Origin: Octopus vulgaris
Taxonomy: Eukaryota
Assembly: GCA_951406725.2 (NCBI GenBank)
Contig: OX597834.1
Location: 13,826,001-13,890,000, forward strand
Reading direction: 5' to 3'
Length of the DNA stretch: 64,000 bases
Each line of letters starts with the position of its first letter. Positions within the stretch are counted from its first letter, which is position 1. The notes beneath the pieces were generated by a model, which searched no databases, was not told the origin of the DNA, and saw only the letters and a list, made by a program, of their open reading frames with translations. This document shows, piece after piece, positions 1 through 39,130 of the stretch. The translations under genes were made by a program, and so were the position numbers.

Positions 1-670
1 TCTGGATCATAGTGATGGACCCAGATTTCCTCCTGTGTAATCAGTCTTTTGAAAAATGTTGACTCATCTTCTTGGCACATATCCAAATTCATCCTCGAGC
101 ACTCGACGCGTTCTTGCTTCTGGAAATGTGTGAGCAACCTGGGAATCCATCTGGCAGACACCTTTTGCATATGCAAATGGTCATGAATGATAATTTCCAC
201 AGACCCGGTACTAATCTTGACCTCATGGGCTATTTGGCGAATAGTTATGCGTCGATCTTCCAAAATGGCAGCCTCAACTTGACGGACAGATGCCTCATCA
301 ATGGCAGAAGTGGGGCGACTACATTTAGGAGCAGTTTCCACAGAGTTCTGACCATGTTTGAATTCACGATGCCAGCGTTTTGCAAGGTCATATGATGGGG
401 CATCATCATCATAATTTACTTTCATTTCATCAAAAGTCTCCCGTGGTGTGCGTCCTTTCAAATACAAAAACCGGATCACTGCTCGATACTCAACAGGCTC
501 CATTTCACACTTGACTCAGTTCCAACACCTGTAAATCAAAAACCACAATTAGTTCAGAGCTGTAATTTGCCACTTAATCTATAGAGATATAAGTAATTGC
601 ACATACAAAATTTCATTTTGATCAAACAACTGCAATTGTGTCAGAGATTACTTATTGAACGTCCCTCGTA
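1..670 (-). mobile_element. Mariner-family DNA transposon, 5' half; transposase ORF 503->1 runs off the window edge
   Basis: Minus-strand translation MEPVEYRAVIRFLYLKG...EDRRITIRQIA...VSARWIPRLLT...RLITQEEIWVHHYDP matches the mariner WVPH-like and TGDETW/YDPE motifs (first catalytic D reads as E). TIR-like end TACGAGGGACGTTCAATAAG at about 651-670. Confidence 0.85.
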
Positions 671-1274
671 TATATAGATATATGTATGTGTGTGCTTATG
701 TTTGTTTGTGTTGGAGTATGTGATGTTGTGTGTGTGTGTGTACGTGTGTACACAATAAATATTCAGCCAACGCTCTTCGATAAAGGTGACGTTGGAGCGA
801 CGCCTGAAAGGACGTGGAGAGAACCAAACATAGGTAAGGTTAAACGGTTCAAATTTGTGTGCGTGGGTGTGCCTCTGTTTGTGTGGACAGACGTATTAAT
901 GTTCTCAGCCTAGAAAGGACAGAATCTTTCACATTACATTACGAGCGTATCATATTTACACAGCATTTCCACTTTAAATCTGGGTGTATCCTTTCTTCGT
1001 GGACGTTTATCCCTCTTTAACCGACAACACCACGTATGTCATGAAATATCGTGGACATGCCGAAAAACGGGAAGGCACTATTGTAACGAGTACCCTCGCT
1101 ATTCTATCCGTTGCTTGGTGCATTTAATATATGGAATGGAAGGTATCATACAGTGTCTGAATACCCAACATTATCAATCTCATATCTATAAATTGTAAAT
1201 TACATATATATATGTTGTATTTTCTATTTCAATAATTCTACTTGTTTTGATATTCAGTATTAATTATTTTACAG

Positions 1275-27702
<26,428 letters not shown>

Positions 27703-27816
27703 TAATTATCAGGTATACTCATCCGGATTTAAAAGAAATTCGTGAATGCAAAGACCTGAGTATTTTCTCTTAAACTACATACATCGATATATGAAAGAAT
27801 ACTTTGGAATTACATA

Positions 27817-27822
27817 AATAAA
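27817..27822 (+). promoter_or_regulatory. Candidate polyadenylation signal of the micro-exon gene
   Basis: AATAAA about 115 nt after the stop, followed by a T-rich/GT-rich tract (ttttccttttttttaattttgtgtg). Confidence 0.5.
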
Positions 27823-28580
27823 CGTTTTCCTTTTTTTTAATTTTGTGTGCTTTAATAACTATATCGTTCAACGTAAATTATTAATCAGTGGGTAAGATCA
27901 TTTTAAATTCCTATACTTTAATTTTATGGTAATTGTATTGGTCACGCGTATTAAAATTTTATGGGAATTGTATCCTCACGAGTATTAAAATATAGAAATA
28001 ACGTTGAAATGGTACATGGCATTATTCTGCTGAAAATCTCTCCAAAACGTTATTTTGTTTTTCCGTTTCATCACTTGAGAATCGGATTTGTAAATGCATT
28101 TCTTTTTATTATTGAGTAAATATGCAGGAACTATTACCGCATATCAGTATTTTATGACTTTATTTTTGAAAAAATCAATTCTTACCCATAGGCTTTGACA
28201 AACGAATCTCAGAATGTCTTCGTACATCAACGAGGTCCACCTTGCTCATTCGAAACGCAAAGTATAACTAAAATAAAGAATCTGGTAATATGATGATGAT
28301 GCACAAACTGCTAGAAACTTGTAAATGTCTTGCTCGAGGAAGAGTAGAGTAAGAAATACATTCATGAGAATATATACATCATACATTACTCGATAAAATA
28401 ATATCGGTGTATAGCATTCTAGAATTAATCGAAGTTTTTTAATGTATACCTAATTACATTTATGTAAATCTTATCTTCTCCTTCCTGTAAGATCAGTCGC
28501 TGCATTTTCGCGGCACATCGGTCAGTCAGGGATCACCAATTAGCTCCCTCTCTGGCCAACCGGTATGGTTCTTCCCAGGT

Positions 28581-28826
28581 GGTATTTAGCGGCGAGCTGG
28601 CAGAAACGTTAGCACACCGGACGAAATGCTTAGCGGTAATTCGTCTGCGTTAGGTTCTGAGTTCAAATTCCGCCGAGGTCGACTTTGCCTTTCATCCTTT
28701 CGGGGTCGATAAATTAAGTACCAGTTACGCACTGGGGTCGATGTAATCGACTTAATACCTATGTCTGTCCTTGTTTGTCCCCTCTGTGTTTAGCCCCTTG
28801 TGTGTAATAAAGAAATAGGTATTTAG
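28581..28826 (+). mobile_element. SINE family B with 9-bp TSD GGTATTTAG
   Basis: Direct repeats at 28581-28589 and 28818-28826. Confidence 0.85.
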
Positions 28827-29047
28827 TGTGCGTATTTCTTCTTTAAAAGTACTACACCATGTCTTCTTTGGTCGGCCTGTTTTTCCATTAACTTCCAGCG
28901 GCATTCAGCCCATGACTATTTTCGCAAGCCTCTCATCTCGCAGTCATATTTTGAGTCCAGCCATTCTTATTCATCATTCGTTTAATGTAAATCTAACATC
29001 TGAAAATCAATAACACTGATGTTTCTTTTAATCCAATCAGTCCGTTC

Positions 29048-29665
29048 CTGAAACTGAGTTTATTCTCATTCAATATTTGTAACTTATCTGAGTTCAAATT
29101 CCGCCGAGGTCGACTTCGCCTTTCAGCCTTTCGAGGCCGATAATTACCAGTTGCGTACTGGGTCGATTTAATCGACTGGCCCCCTCTCCAAAAATTTCGG
29201 TCCTTGTGCCTAGAGAAGAAAAGAAGAACTGAAACTGAGTTTTTTCTTATTCAATATTTGTAACTTATCTGAGTTCAAATTCCGCCGCGGTCGACTTCGC
29301 CTTTCAGCCTTTCGAGGCCGATAATTACCAGTTGCGTACTGGGTCGATATAATCGACTGGCCCCCTCTCCAAAAATTTCGGTCTGTGTGCCTAGAGAAGA
29401 AAAGAAGAATTGTAACTTTTCGTGTGGCGTGCTGGCAGAAACGTTAGCACACGGGGCGAAATGGTTAGCGGTGTTTCTTCTGTCTTTACCTTCTGAGTTC
29501 AAATTCCGCCGAGGTCGTCTTTGCGCTTCATCTTTTCGCTATCGATAAATTAAGTACCGATTGTGTACTGGGTCGATCTAATCGACTGGAATCCCCTCCC
29601 CAAATAATTTCGGGCTTTTTACCTAGAGTTGAAAAGAACATTTGTAACTTATAAGGCGGCGAGCT
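29048..29665 (+). repeat. Tandem duplication (~186 bp) of family-B-related SINE fragments
   Basis: ctgaaactgagttt...gagttcaaattccgccg...agagaagaaaagaagaa is repeated twice, plus a third related copy. Confidence 0.75.
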
Positions 29666-30526
29666 GTATAAAATAAATGCATTATTATTTGCATACAAGC
29701 ACCGCTTTAGGGACATCCAATCTAACATGTATATATTCTTCGTCTGATTTGTTGATGACATGCAAGGCCTATTTATTTAAATTTTTACTCAGCTTTCATA
29801 CGAAAGATGACTCTTTTAGAAACAACTTTTTTTTTTCTTTATAAACAGTAAACCTTGTATATCTTAAACGAAACAATTTTTATAGGAGAGAAATTTATAT
29901 CCTATGATTTTCAATAAAATTTTTCTTTCACGGTACCCGTTTTTCTTTCTATTTTTTTTTTTGCAAATATTCGTTCCAAAATGTTTTTTGCACAATTGTT
30001 TTATTTTTACCATCACTCAGATTTTATAAAATGGTGACCAGCATGGAAAAGTGTTCTATATTTAAGAGATGAGGAATCATGTACATTATTTATATTTGAC
30101 GGATATTTGTCCTCATCTTGTTTGTTTTTAACGCAACGTTTCGGCTGATATATCCCACAGCCTTCATCAGGTGTCTTGAGGAAATTTCGTACCTGGGTTC
30201 TAATTCCTAAGGTATTTTTCGATGTTGTTGTTGTTATTATTATTCAGATCACTGCATGGAATCGAACTCGGAATATTGGGGTTAGTAGCGCGAGTTCCTA
30301 CCCAGTACGCCATATATCCACGGGCATATGGTGTAGTGGTTCAGAGCGCGGATTTACTCCGGTAGTATGCCGCTGTATTATTGGCATTATCCTGTATTTC
30401 AGAATAAAATTATTTCCTTATATTTAAATACTTCCCAACGCTTCTAAAGCAAGCTTTGTATGTTTACTTTCATAGTAATTTTAATGTAACACACACACAC
30501 GTGTGTATATATATATATATATATAT

Positions 30527-30770
30527 GGAGGCACAATGGCCTAGTGATTAGGGCAGCGGACTCGCGGTCGCAGGATCGCGGTTTCGATTCCCAGACCGGG
30601 CGTTGTGAGTGTTTATTGAGCGAAAACACCTAAGAGCTCCACTCTTTCACCACTCTTTCTTCTGTTGGCCTGCTCGCTTAGCCAGAGGGGTGGCGTCATT
30701 CGAAGGCTAAAACAATGCGAACGCATTGTGACCAGCAATGTGTAACAACATCTGATGGTCTGGTCGTGAT
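30527..30770 (+). mobile_element. SINE family C variant
   Basis: Head matches the 16676 copy; tail matches the reverse of 26606. Confidence 0.8.
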
Positions 30771-31096
30771 ATATATATATATATGTATATGTATGTATAT
30801 GTATGTATGTATGTATACAACGGTCTTTCCGATTCTGTCTACCAAATCCACTTACAACGCTTTAGTTGGCCCGACGCTGTTTTAGGAGACACTTGCCAAG
30901 GTGCAAGGTAACTAAACCCGAAAGTTGTGAAACAAGCGCCTTACCACTTAGCTACACCTGCAGCGATATATAATATTTAAAAGTAACAACAGAATGCATC
31001 AAACAGTCCTGCCTTTTCCGATACGTTCTCTTTTTTATGTATGTTTGAATTCATTCTCCCTTATATCTGTGTCTTTCACTTTCGAATTAGCTCTAT

Positions 31097-31340
31097 TTGC
31101 GACGATTTCATCTCCATCGAAGGAGATGGGCTTTCTCCGTCCGGGTTGCGGATCTGTGGAATAAGCTGCCGGACGAGATAGTGAAGATGCCGACGACCAC
31201 TCGGTTCAAAGTCTCTCTTGACCAGAAATGGCCTGAACTCTTTGCATGAACAACCTCCCTGTACATAACTCCATGCCGGCCTAAATGGCCTTGCTTTTTG
31301 CTTTTTGAGCCAAAAAATTAACTTAACTAACTTAACTTAT
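31097..31340 (+). mobile_element. CR1-clade LINE 3' end
   Basis: Frame reads LRRFHLHRRRWAFSVRVADLWNKLPDEIV...FKVSLDQKW*, the CR1 FS.RV..WN.LP..FK..LD motif; (aactt)n-like tail. Confidence 0.8.
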
Positions 31341-31954
31341 TTCAGGGTGTTAAAGTAAGAAAGAGAGGGCGGCGTGAGTAAGAGAGATCGAAATACAGGT
31401 AGAATATCATTGTTATTTCTAGCTTGTCAACTAACATCTTATATGTTCTCTCATGAATTAATTTCTTTAGTTAGTCAGTGGTAATGATAGTGGAATATAG
31501 ATTTAAGGTTGAAATTACATTCTTAACAATGGATATTTTCTTTTGTAATAGTTTCCAGTAACAAACTACAATATATCAAACATGAGCCATCAAAGGATCG
31601 ACGTTTTATTTCAAGGGAAACAAAGCAGTAAACACTGATGCCATACGTTCTCAATAACAGTGTGTATGTATAATGATATTGATTGCCATTGCGCTTTGTG
31701 ATCCTCCGTGTGTTTCTAAGAAACATTTCGTTAAATAACTGCGAGCAAAATATTTCCTAAAAATAAAGGCTCTTCTTGTAAGATCTTCACCAAAAAGGTT
31801 GTGAAGTTCGGAAATGGAAATAACTTATTATAGTAAGTTTCTTGATAGTTATAACTTCAGATTTAGAATTTGATGCCCCGAGGTATTATTCACAGAAAAT
31901 CAAAGGATCTTAATTTTGAAAACAACTATAATATCTAGGTAGTGTTACGCACAC

Positions 31955-31955
31955 T

Positions 31956-31989
<34 letters not shown>

Positions 31990-32058
31990 TGCACACATAT
32001 GTATGTATCTAATACATATATACATACATATATATATATATATACCTGTATGTGTATA

Positions 32059-32092
<34 letters not shown>

Positions 32093-32113
32093 CCTGTATG
32101 TGTATATATATAC

Positions 32114-32144
<31 letters not shown>

Positions 32145-32156
32145 CCTGTATGTGTA

Positions 32157-32188
<32 letters not shown>

Positions 32189-32192
32189 CCTG

Positions 32193-32239
<47 letters not shown>

Positions 32240-32275
32240 GTATGTGTATATATATATACCTGAATATGTGTAAAT

Positions 32276-32306
<31 letters not shown>

Positions 32307-32456
32307 AATATATATGTATATATGTATATATATGTATGTGTATATGTATGTGTATATATATGTATGTGTATATATATATGTATGTGTATATATATATGTG
32401 TATATATATGTATGTGTATATATATGTATGTATATATATATATATATGTATGTGTG

Positions 32457-32490
<34 letters not shown>

Positions 32491-32495
32491 TATGG
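31955..32495. repeat. Compound (CA)n/(TA)n microsatellite with a recurring cctgtatgtg unit
   Basis: Visible low-complexity tract. Confidence 0.95.
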
Positions 32496-34129
32496 GTAAT
32501 TGTGGGCGTTTGTGTGTGGGGTATATGAGCGAACGTGTGGGATCGTATCATTGTGTTGTATATTTAATTGAGAGAATACTCGGAAGTTATTGGGTGCAAT
32601 TTATTTTAATTTGTTCTCAGCTTTCACATGAAGTCCAATGACAAGATTTTATCTGGTATATAACGTATCATATGATGTAAAATTATAAATAATAGAATAA
32701 CTACGATCGACCTTACTACAAAATCAGCACTGCCTTATTTTACATAGTAACTGTTTGAGATGCCTTCTGTCTCTGTTTCATTTGTGGCTTCGATTATTCA
32801 TGGAATGTTTCCAAGAATCTACATCTAAGAATAGTCTGTGTAATGCAAACAGATTCTGAAAACCGCTGATTTTTGCTTCTGTTCTTTTTTTTTCTTCATT
32901 TTCTTTTTATATTATTGCTTTGTACTGCTGTGTCCTTTCGGTTAAATTGTGCTCTCATACATCTAGAATAACGTTTCCCGCTGTTAAATCGGTTCGTTGT
33001 TTAAATGTCTTTCTTTCATATCAGTCCGCGAAACTTCTGTTGTATATTTTCAAGATGGTCGCAGTGTGTATTTTATTAATAAATTTCCCCTAGATGTACT
33101 CAGAATATTGTCCTCATAATAAATTGGTCAGCGGCCTGGAAAATTCATTTTGGTTTCTCCTCCATTGATTTATGTTGGGTTCAATTCATTCCTTATCATT
33201 TCTCGTAAATGATTGATACAACACATAACTATCTTTACATCATGTTAAAACATGTTAAAATATATGCTGCAAACAATAAGTGATACTACACACTATTAGA
33301 TATCAAACATGATTATTTTCTTCATTTCCTTCATTTCTGGACACAAGTCTGGTACTTCAGGAGAGAGGGTAAGTCAATTACACGTACTTCAGTATTCAGC
33401 TGGCAATTATTTTACCGACCCCGAAAGAATGAATGAAAAATCGGTATAATTGAAACTCAGAAAGTAAGGATAGACGAAATACCGCTCATAATTTTACCCT
33501 GCAAGCTAAAATTCTGTGAAAGAGCGGCCGTACAAGAACGTAAAGTTATCTATTTCTTTACTGCATAGTCTCCAATTTATCCTTTTCCTATATTTTCACC
33601 CGTGTGGGATAAAATAATCTTGTTTTCTATATATACTAACCCCTTGAAGAACGAAAACCTCACAAAAATAATATATTTCAAATAGGGATAAATTCATGTA
33701 GACCTATACTTCTTAAAATCAACAGATGAGAGAAAGCTAATTTACATAAGCTACAAAGGCGGTGAGCTGGCAGAAACGTTAGCACGACGGGCGAAATGCT
33801 TAGCGGTATTTCGTCTGTCGCTACGTTCTGAGATCAAATTCCGACCTCATTTGATCTCAGAACGTAGCGACATACGAATTTTGCCTTTCATCCTTTTGGT
33901 ATCGATTAAATAAATCCCAGTTACGCACTGGGATCGATATAACCGACTTAATCTGTTTGTCTGTCCTTATTTGTCCTTTCTATGTTTAACCCCTTGTGGG
34001 TAGTAAAGAAATAGGTACTTCGTCTGCCGTTACGACCAAAGCGAAAATACATGAAAACTATCTCCTCCATGCTCACAGTTGTATCCAACAAAATCGATGA
34101 GATATAGACCTATACTAAAGAAATGTGTG

Positions 34130-34990
34130 AAGAAGAAAAACGGAAGAAACGACGATCGATTCTCAATCACTTATGTCAAAATATCGAAAGAGCAATGCTC
34201 CAGAGTACGATGGATTTGATCAGATAAGATACGTAAATAGCCTTGAATATCAATTCTGTCATGAAGGGAAGCAATTGGGCCGGCGAATTTCCAGGATATG
34301 CCCCACCCTAGATCATCACAAATCCTCCTCCATGTTTAACAGTTGGAAGAAGGAAGTCTGGGTCGAATACTTCTTTTGGCTGTCTCCACACGCATATTAG
34401 GCTGGTGGTCGGAAATAAGTTAAACGATAACGCCTCCAAGAAGATAACATTCTTTCACTGCTCTAGGGCATAGTCCTATACGTTTTCACTCCACTCCAAA
34501 CGCTTTGCAACGGCTGTTTTTAACGTAGTGATCTTCTGACTGCAGCCCTCTCGTGAAATCCTGCTTTGGGCGGCTCCTGGCGAACTGTTTCTGTGGAAAC
34601 TAGGTTGTCGAGGTGGTAATTAAACAATACAGTAAGTTTGGGAGCTGTACTTTTGTGACCCTTTCTAACAATTCGCGTAAGAGTCCGACATTCTCTAACT
34701 GAAAGTTTTGGTTTCCTACCGGAATTTTGTTTTGACGAGGAAGTTTTTTTTTGCTCTTTCTCAAAGGGTCTCATTATTTTCGAGACAGTACTTCTTGATA
34801 CACAAAACATTTTGGCTGTTTTTGTTTCGGTAGCGCCTGACATACGGGCAGCAACATTTTGACTTTTGTAAAATCTGATAGATCTGTCACTTTAAACAAT
34901 TTTAATTACCTTTTGTCTGATGGTATCTGAAAAGAATAGCAAAACATATTAAGCAACACTAATAAAAAAATCAGAAAAACATACAAACAA
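34130..34990 (-). mobile_element. Degenerate Tc1-like transposase remnant
   Basis: ORF 34520-34843: AKMFCVSRSTVSKI...SGRKPKLS.R..R.L.RIVRK...TAPKL..., a Tc1 paired-like HTH region. Confidence 0.75.
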
Positions 34991-35065
34991 ACAAACTTTT
35001 GACGGTTTTATAGATACTTCCAAATCATGATGCTATGATGGTAGGTGTTTCCACTTTATATATAT

Positions 35066-35173
<108 letters not shown>

Positions 35174-35334
35174 GTGTGTGTGTGTGTGTATGTATGTATA
35201 GCTCAGCTCGGCTATAGTAAGAGACACTTGCCCAAGGTTCCACACAGTGGGATTGAACCCGGAACAAGGTGCTTGATGAGCAAGTTACTTACCACATATC
35301 TACTCCTACAACTGTGGTTTATATATATTCATTT

Positions 35335-36250
35335 CTAGTAGGCACAAGGCCCGAAATTTTGGGGGAGGGGCCGGTCGATTAGATCAACCTCAGTACGCGA
35401 ATGGTACTTAATTTGTCGACCCCAAAATGATGAAAGGCAAAGTCGACATCGGTGGAATTTGAACTCGGAACTTAGCGGCAGACAAAATACCTATTTCTTT
35501 ACTACCCACAAGGGACTAAATACAGAGAGGACAAATAAGGACAAGCAAACGGATTAAGTCGATTATATCGACCCCAGTGCGTAACTGGTACATTTCGCCC
35601 GGAGTGCTAACGATTCTGCCAGTTCACCGTCTTTTAAAATATTTAAGTACATATTTGTTTACTACCCACAAGGGGCTAAACACAGAAAAAACAAACAAGG
35701 ACAGACAAAGGGATTAAGTCGATTACATCTACCCCAATGCGTAACTGGTACTTATTTAATCGACCCCGAAAGGATGAAAGGCGAAGTCAACCTCGGCGGA
35801 ATTTGAACTTAAAACGTAACGGCAGACGAAATACCTATTTATTTACTACACACAAGGGACAAAACACAGAGAGGACTAACAAGGACAGGCAAACGGATTA
35901 AGTCGATTATATCGACCCCAGTGCGTAACTGGTACTTATTTCATCGACCCCGAAAGGATGAAAGGCAAAGTCGACTTCGGCGGAATTTGAACTCAGAACG
36001 TAGCGACAGACGAAATACCTATTTCTTTATTACCCACAAGGGGCTAAACACAGAGGGGACAAACAAGGACAGACATAGGTATTAAGTCGATTACATCGAC
36101 CCCAGTGCGTAACTGGTACTTAATTTATCGACCCCGAAAGGATGAAAGGCAAAGTCGACCTCGGCGGAATTTGAACTCACAACGTAACGCAGACGAAATA
36201 CAGGTAAGCATTTCGCCCGGCGTGGTAACGTTTCTGCCAGCTCACCGCCT
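35335..36250 (-). mobile_element. Tandem array of SINE family B bodies (about 4-5 units)
   Basis: Repeated ~180-bp units joined at ...gacgaaatacctatttctttac... Confidence 0.85.
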
Positions 36251-36793
36251 TTGTAGCTTATGTATATTAGCTTTCTCTCATCTGTTGATTTTAAGAAGTA
36301 TAGGTCTACATGAATTTATCCCTATTTGAAGTATATTATTCAGTTGCACCTTCCACTACTCCCTTTATTTGCGAAAAATTCCGCTCTCTTAAACCGAAGT
36401 ATTATTTTAACGTAACCTTATTTCGTTTAGATTGAAATTATATTGGCTGTCCGCCAGCGACAAAGAACTCTAGCCTACATCTGCAAATGAATGCAACGGC
36501 TCGGTAATGAAGAAAAAGAAGGAAACGAAATTTAATTAAACAGTTGGACGTTTGCAAAGCTAACGGAGAAAAAGTAACGAGTTTTTGACAGAAAATAGTA
36601 TTAACTTGTACAATTTCGACGATATTCTTAAAAACAAAATCTACAACAAAGAAAACACACGCACACACAAACAAACACGCACACACACACACACACACGC
36701 ACACACACAAACATACATACAGACAAATCAAATGAAACAACACATAAGAATGATGATGCTTTTCAAACAAAGCTTTATACTTTTAGAAAATAA

Positions 36794-37184
36794 CTAGCAG
36801 TATCGCCCGGCGTTGCTCGGGTTTGTAAGGGAAATAACTATATAAGCATTTTTAGAGATGTAAAGTATAATAGCCATCTCAATATGGCTAACCACAAGGG
36901 GGGTGTTACTGTAGCTTTTTACGTTCTGAGATTTAATAATACATTTTTAGAGAGTTACTTCCCTTATATATGCCAAAAATGCATTAAAAATGGGAAAAAT
37001 TGATGGTAATTTTTTTAAATCGTAGCCTCATCGTAGAAGCTCGCTAATACCCAGAAGGGCTCGATATGAATCACGACTATAAGATACCCGGTTTTGGTTA
37101 AACTGCACCGCAAAATGTGGGAGTAGTTAGGAATCTAAATCGTAGGAGACAGACAGCACACAACCTCTCTTTTATATATAAAGA
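36794..37184 (-). mobile_element. Non-autonomous Helitron-like element
   Basis: TC 5' end, hairpin + CTAG 3' end. Confidence 0.75.
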
Positions 37185-37351
37185 TGTCTTGGTATATAAA
37201 CCAAGAATCCTTTACTGATGCACTTCTGTCTGTTTCAACTTCATTTGACACAGTCTGCCGTTTAGAAGTTCAACTGTGCTTAGTAATCGGTCATTTCTGA
37301 GTAGTTTGGGTAATTATATTTAGTTGAGGTTCATGTTGTCCGCATATTATA

Positions 37352-37748
37352 TCTTTATATATAACAGTGAAGTTGTGTGTCTGTCTCCTACGATTAGATT
37401 CCTAACTACTCCCACATTTTGCGGTGCAGTGTAACCAAAAGCGGGTATCTTATAGTCGTTATTCATATCGAGCCCGTCTGGGTATTAGCGCGCGTCTACG
37501 ATGAGTCTACGATTTTAAAAATAATTTACCATAATATTTTTCCATTTTAATGCATTTTTTTCGCTATTATATAGGGAAAGTAACTCTCTAAAAATGTCTG
37601 CGATGAGTCAATGATCTTAAAAAAAATTTACCATCATTTTTTTTCCATTTTTAATGCATTTTTTGCTAATTTTTGGCTATAACTCTCTAAAAATGCTTAT
37701 ATAGTTATTTCTCTTACAAACCCGAGCAACGCCGGGCGATACTGCTAG
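37352..37748 (+). mobile_element. Non-autonomous Helitron-like element (head-to-head with the previous copy)
   Basis: a|TCTTTATATATAA...CCCGAGCAACGCCGGGCGATACTGCTAG|t. Confidence 0.78.
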
Positions 37749-37885
37749 TAACTAATAATTATCAAAACACGGTTCTGTGAGGATTTCGGATATCCGGCAT
37801 GCAACGCAGCATGCATTGGCAATTATTTGTTTTGTTTACGGGGAAAAAGAAATTTAATCGCCATATATATAAGTGTGTGTGTGTC

Positions 37886-37939
<54 letters not shown>

Positions 37940-38250
37940 CGTGTGTGTGTGTGTGTGTGTATAAAAATTAGAAAAAAATCACCTTTTATCAATCCAAAAT
38001 GAACAATTATATATACGTTTTTATTATTATTTTGCAATTTACTTAATCGTCGCTATATTATTGTTATTTTATTTTTAATATTTCTATTATATGTAATTTT
38101 CTAGATGGTGTAATTTAATTGTTCACTTTGAATCGATAAAAGGCGGTTTTTTCTTCTAATTTTTATATATGTATTATATTTTGTGAAATTTCACATAGCA
38201 TTTTCTAAATTTTTCCCTGTAAGTTAGGAATAATATTCCCCAAAATAAGG

Positions 38251-38317
<67 letters not shown>

Positions 38318-38689
38318 CCTTGTTCGAAGGTTATAATGGATACAGATCGTGTATCAATAGCTATCTTAAGGCGGTGGCCTCATGGAGCTGACCAGCGGCA
38401 GCGATTATTCTTATATCTATAAGAATGCCATATTAATATGGCGATAACAATTAATTATATATATATGAGACACGTGGCCTACTGGTTAGAGCGGCGGAAT
38501 CGTGGTGGATGGATTGCGTGTTCGAATCTCAGACCGGGCGATGTATGTGTTTATGAGCGAAACAACTAAGCTCCACGCGTCTCCAGCAGAAGGTAATGGA
38601 GAACTTCACTTTCCTCCTGCACCTTGCAGCTAACCTGCGACGGACCGGCGTCCCATCCTATACACCACCTCGAGAAGGAACAAACATAT

Positions 38690-39130
38690 ATACATGTTTT
38701 CATCGTTCACAACGCAATCAAGGAATCTTGTGCAAGTGAAACCCGAGGGTGGCTTTGGTCAGCTGAAACCAGCTTTGGCACAAATGTGACAGACACACGT
38801 CTCGTACCCAAATCTGAAGTGATAATAAACTGGACGGAACCGTGACTAATCTGAACATTGTCTCATAACTCACGGATGATGATTCGACTATTTCCCCTCA
38901 CAGCTTCACGCACATTTGTGATGTTTTTCTCAGTTCTGCTGACTGCGTGTTTCCCAGAACACTCGTCAATATTGACATTTTTCGGCCTTCTTGAAAACGT
39001 CTGTACCACTCGCGCACTTGTTTGCGGCTCATACACTCCGATCCTTACACATTCTGCAACATTGTGCAGGCCTCTGTGCACGTACCGCCATGACAATTAT
39101 CTCTCTCGTGGCAAATGCTAATATCGCAAT
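38690..39130 (-). mobile_element. Degenerate mariner transposase N-terminal remnant
   Basis: NVNIDECSGKHAVSRTEKNITNVREAVRGNSRIIIREL resembles the mariner D..RSGRP...DRR.T.REL region. Confidence 0.65.
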
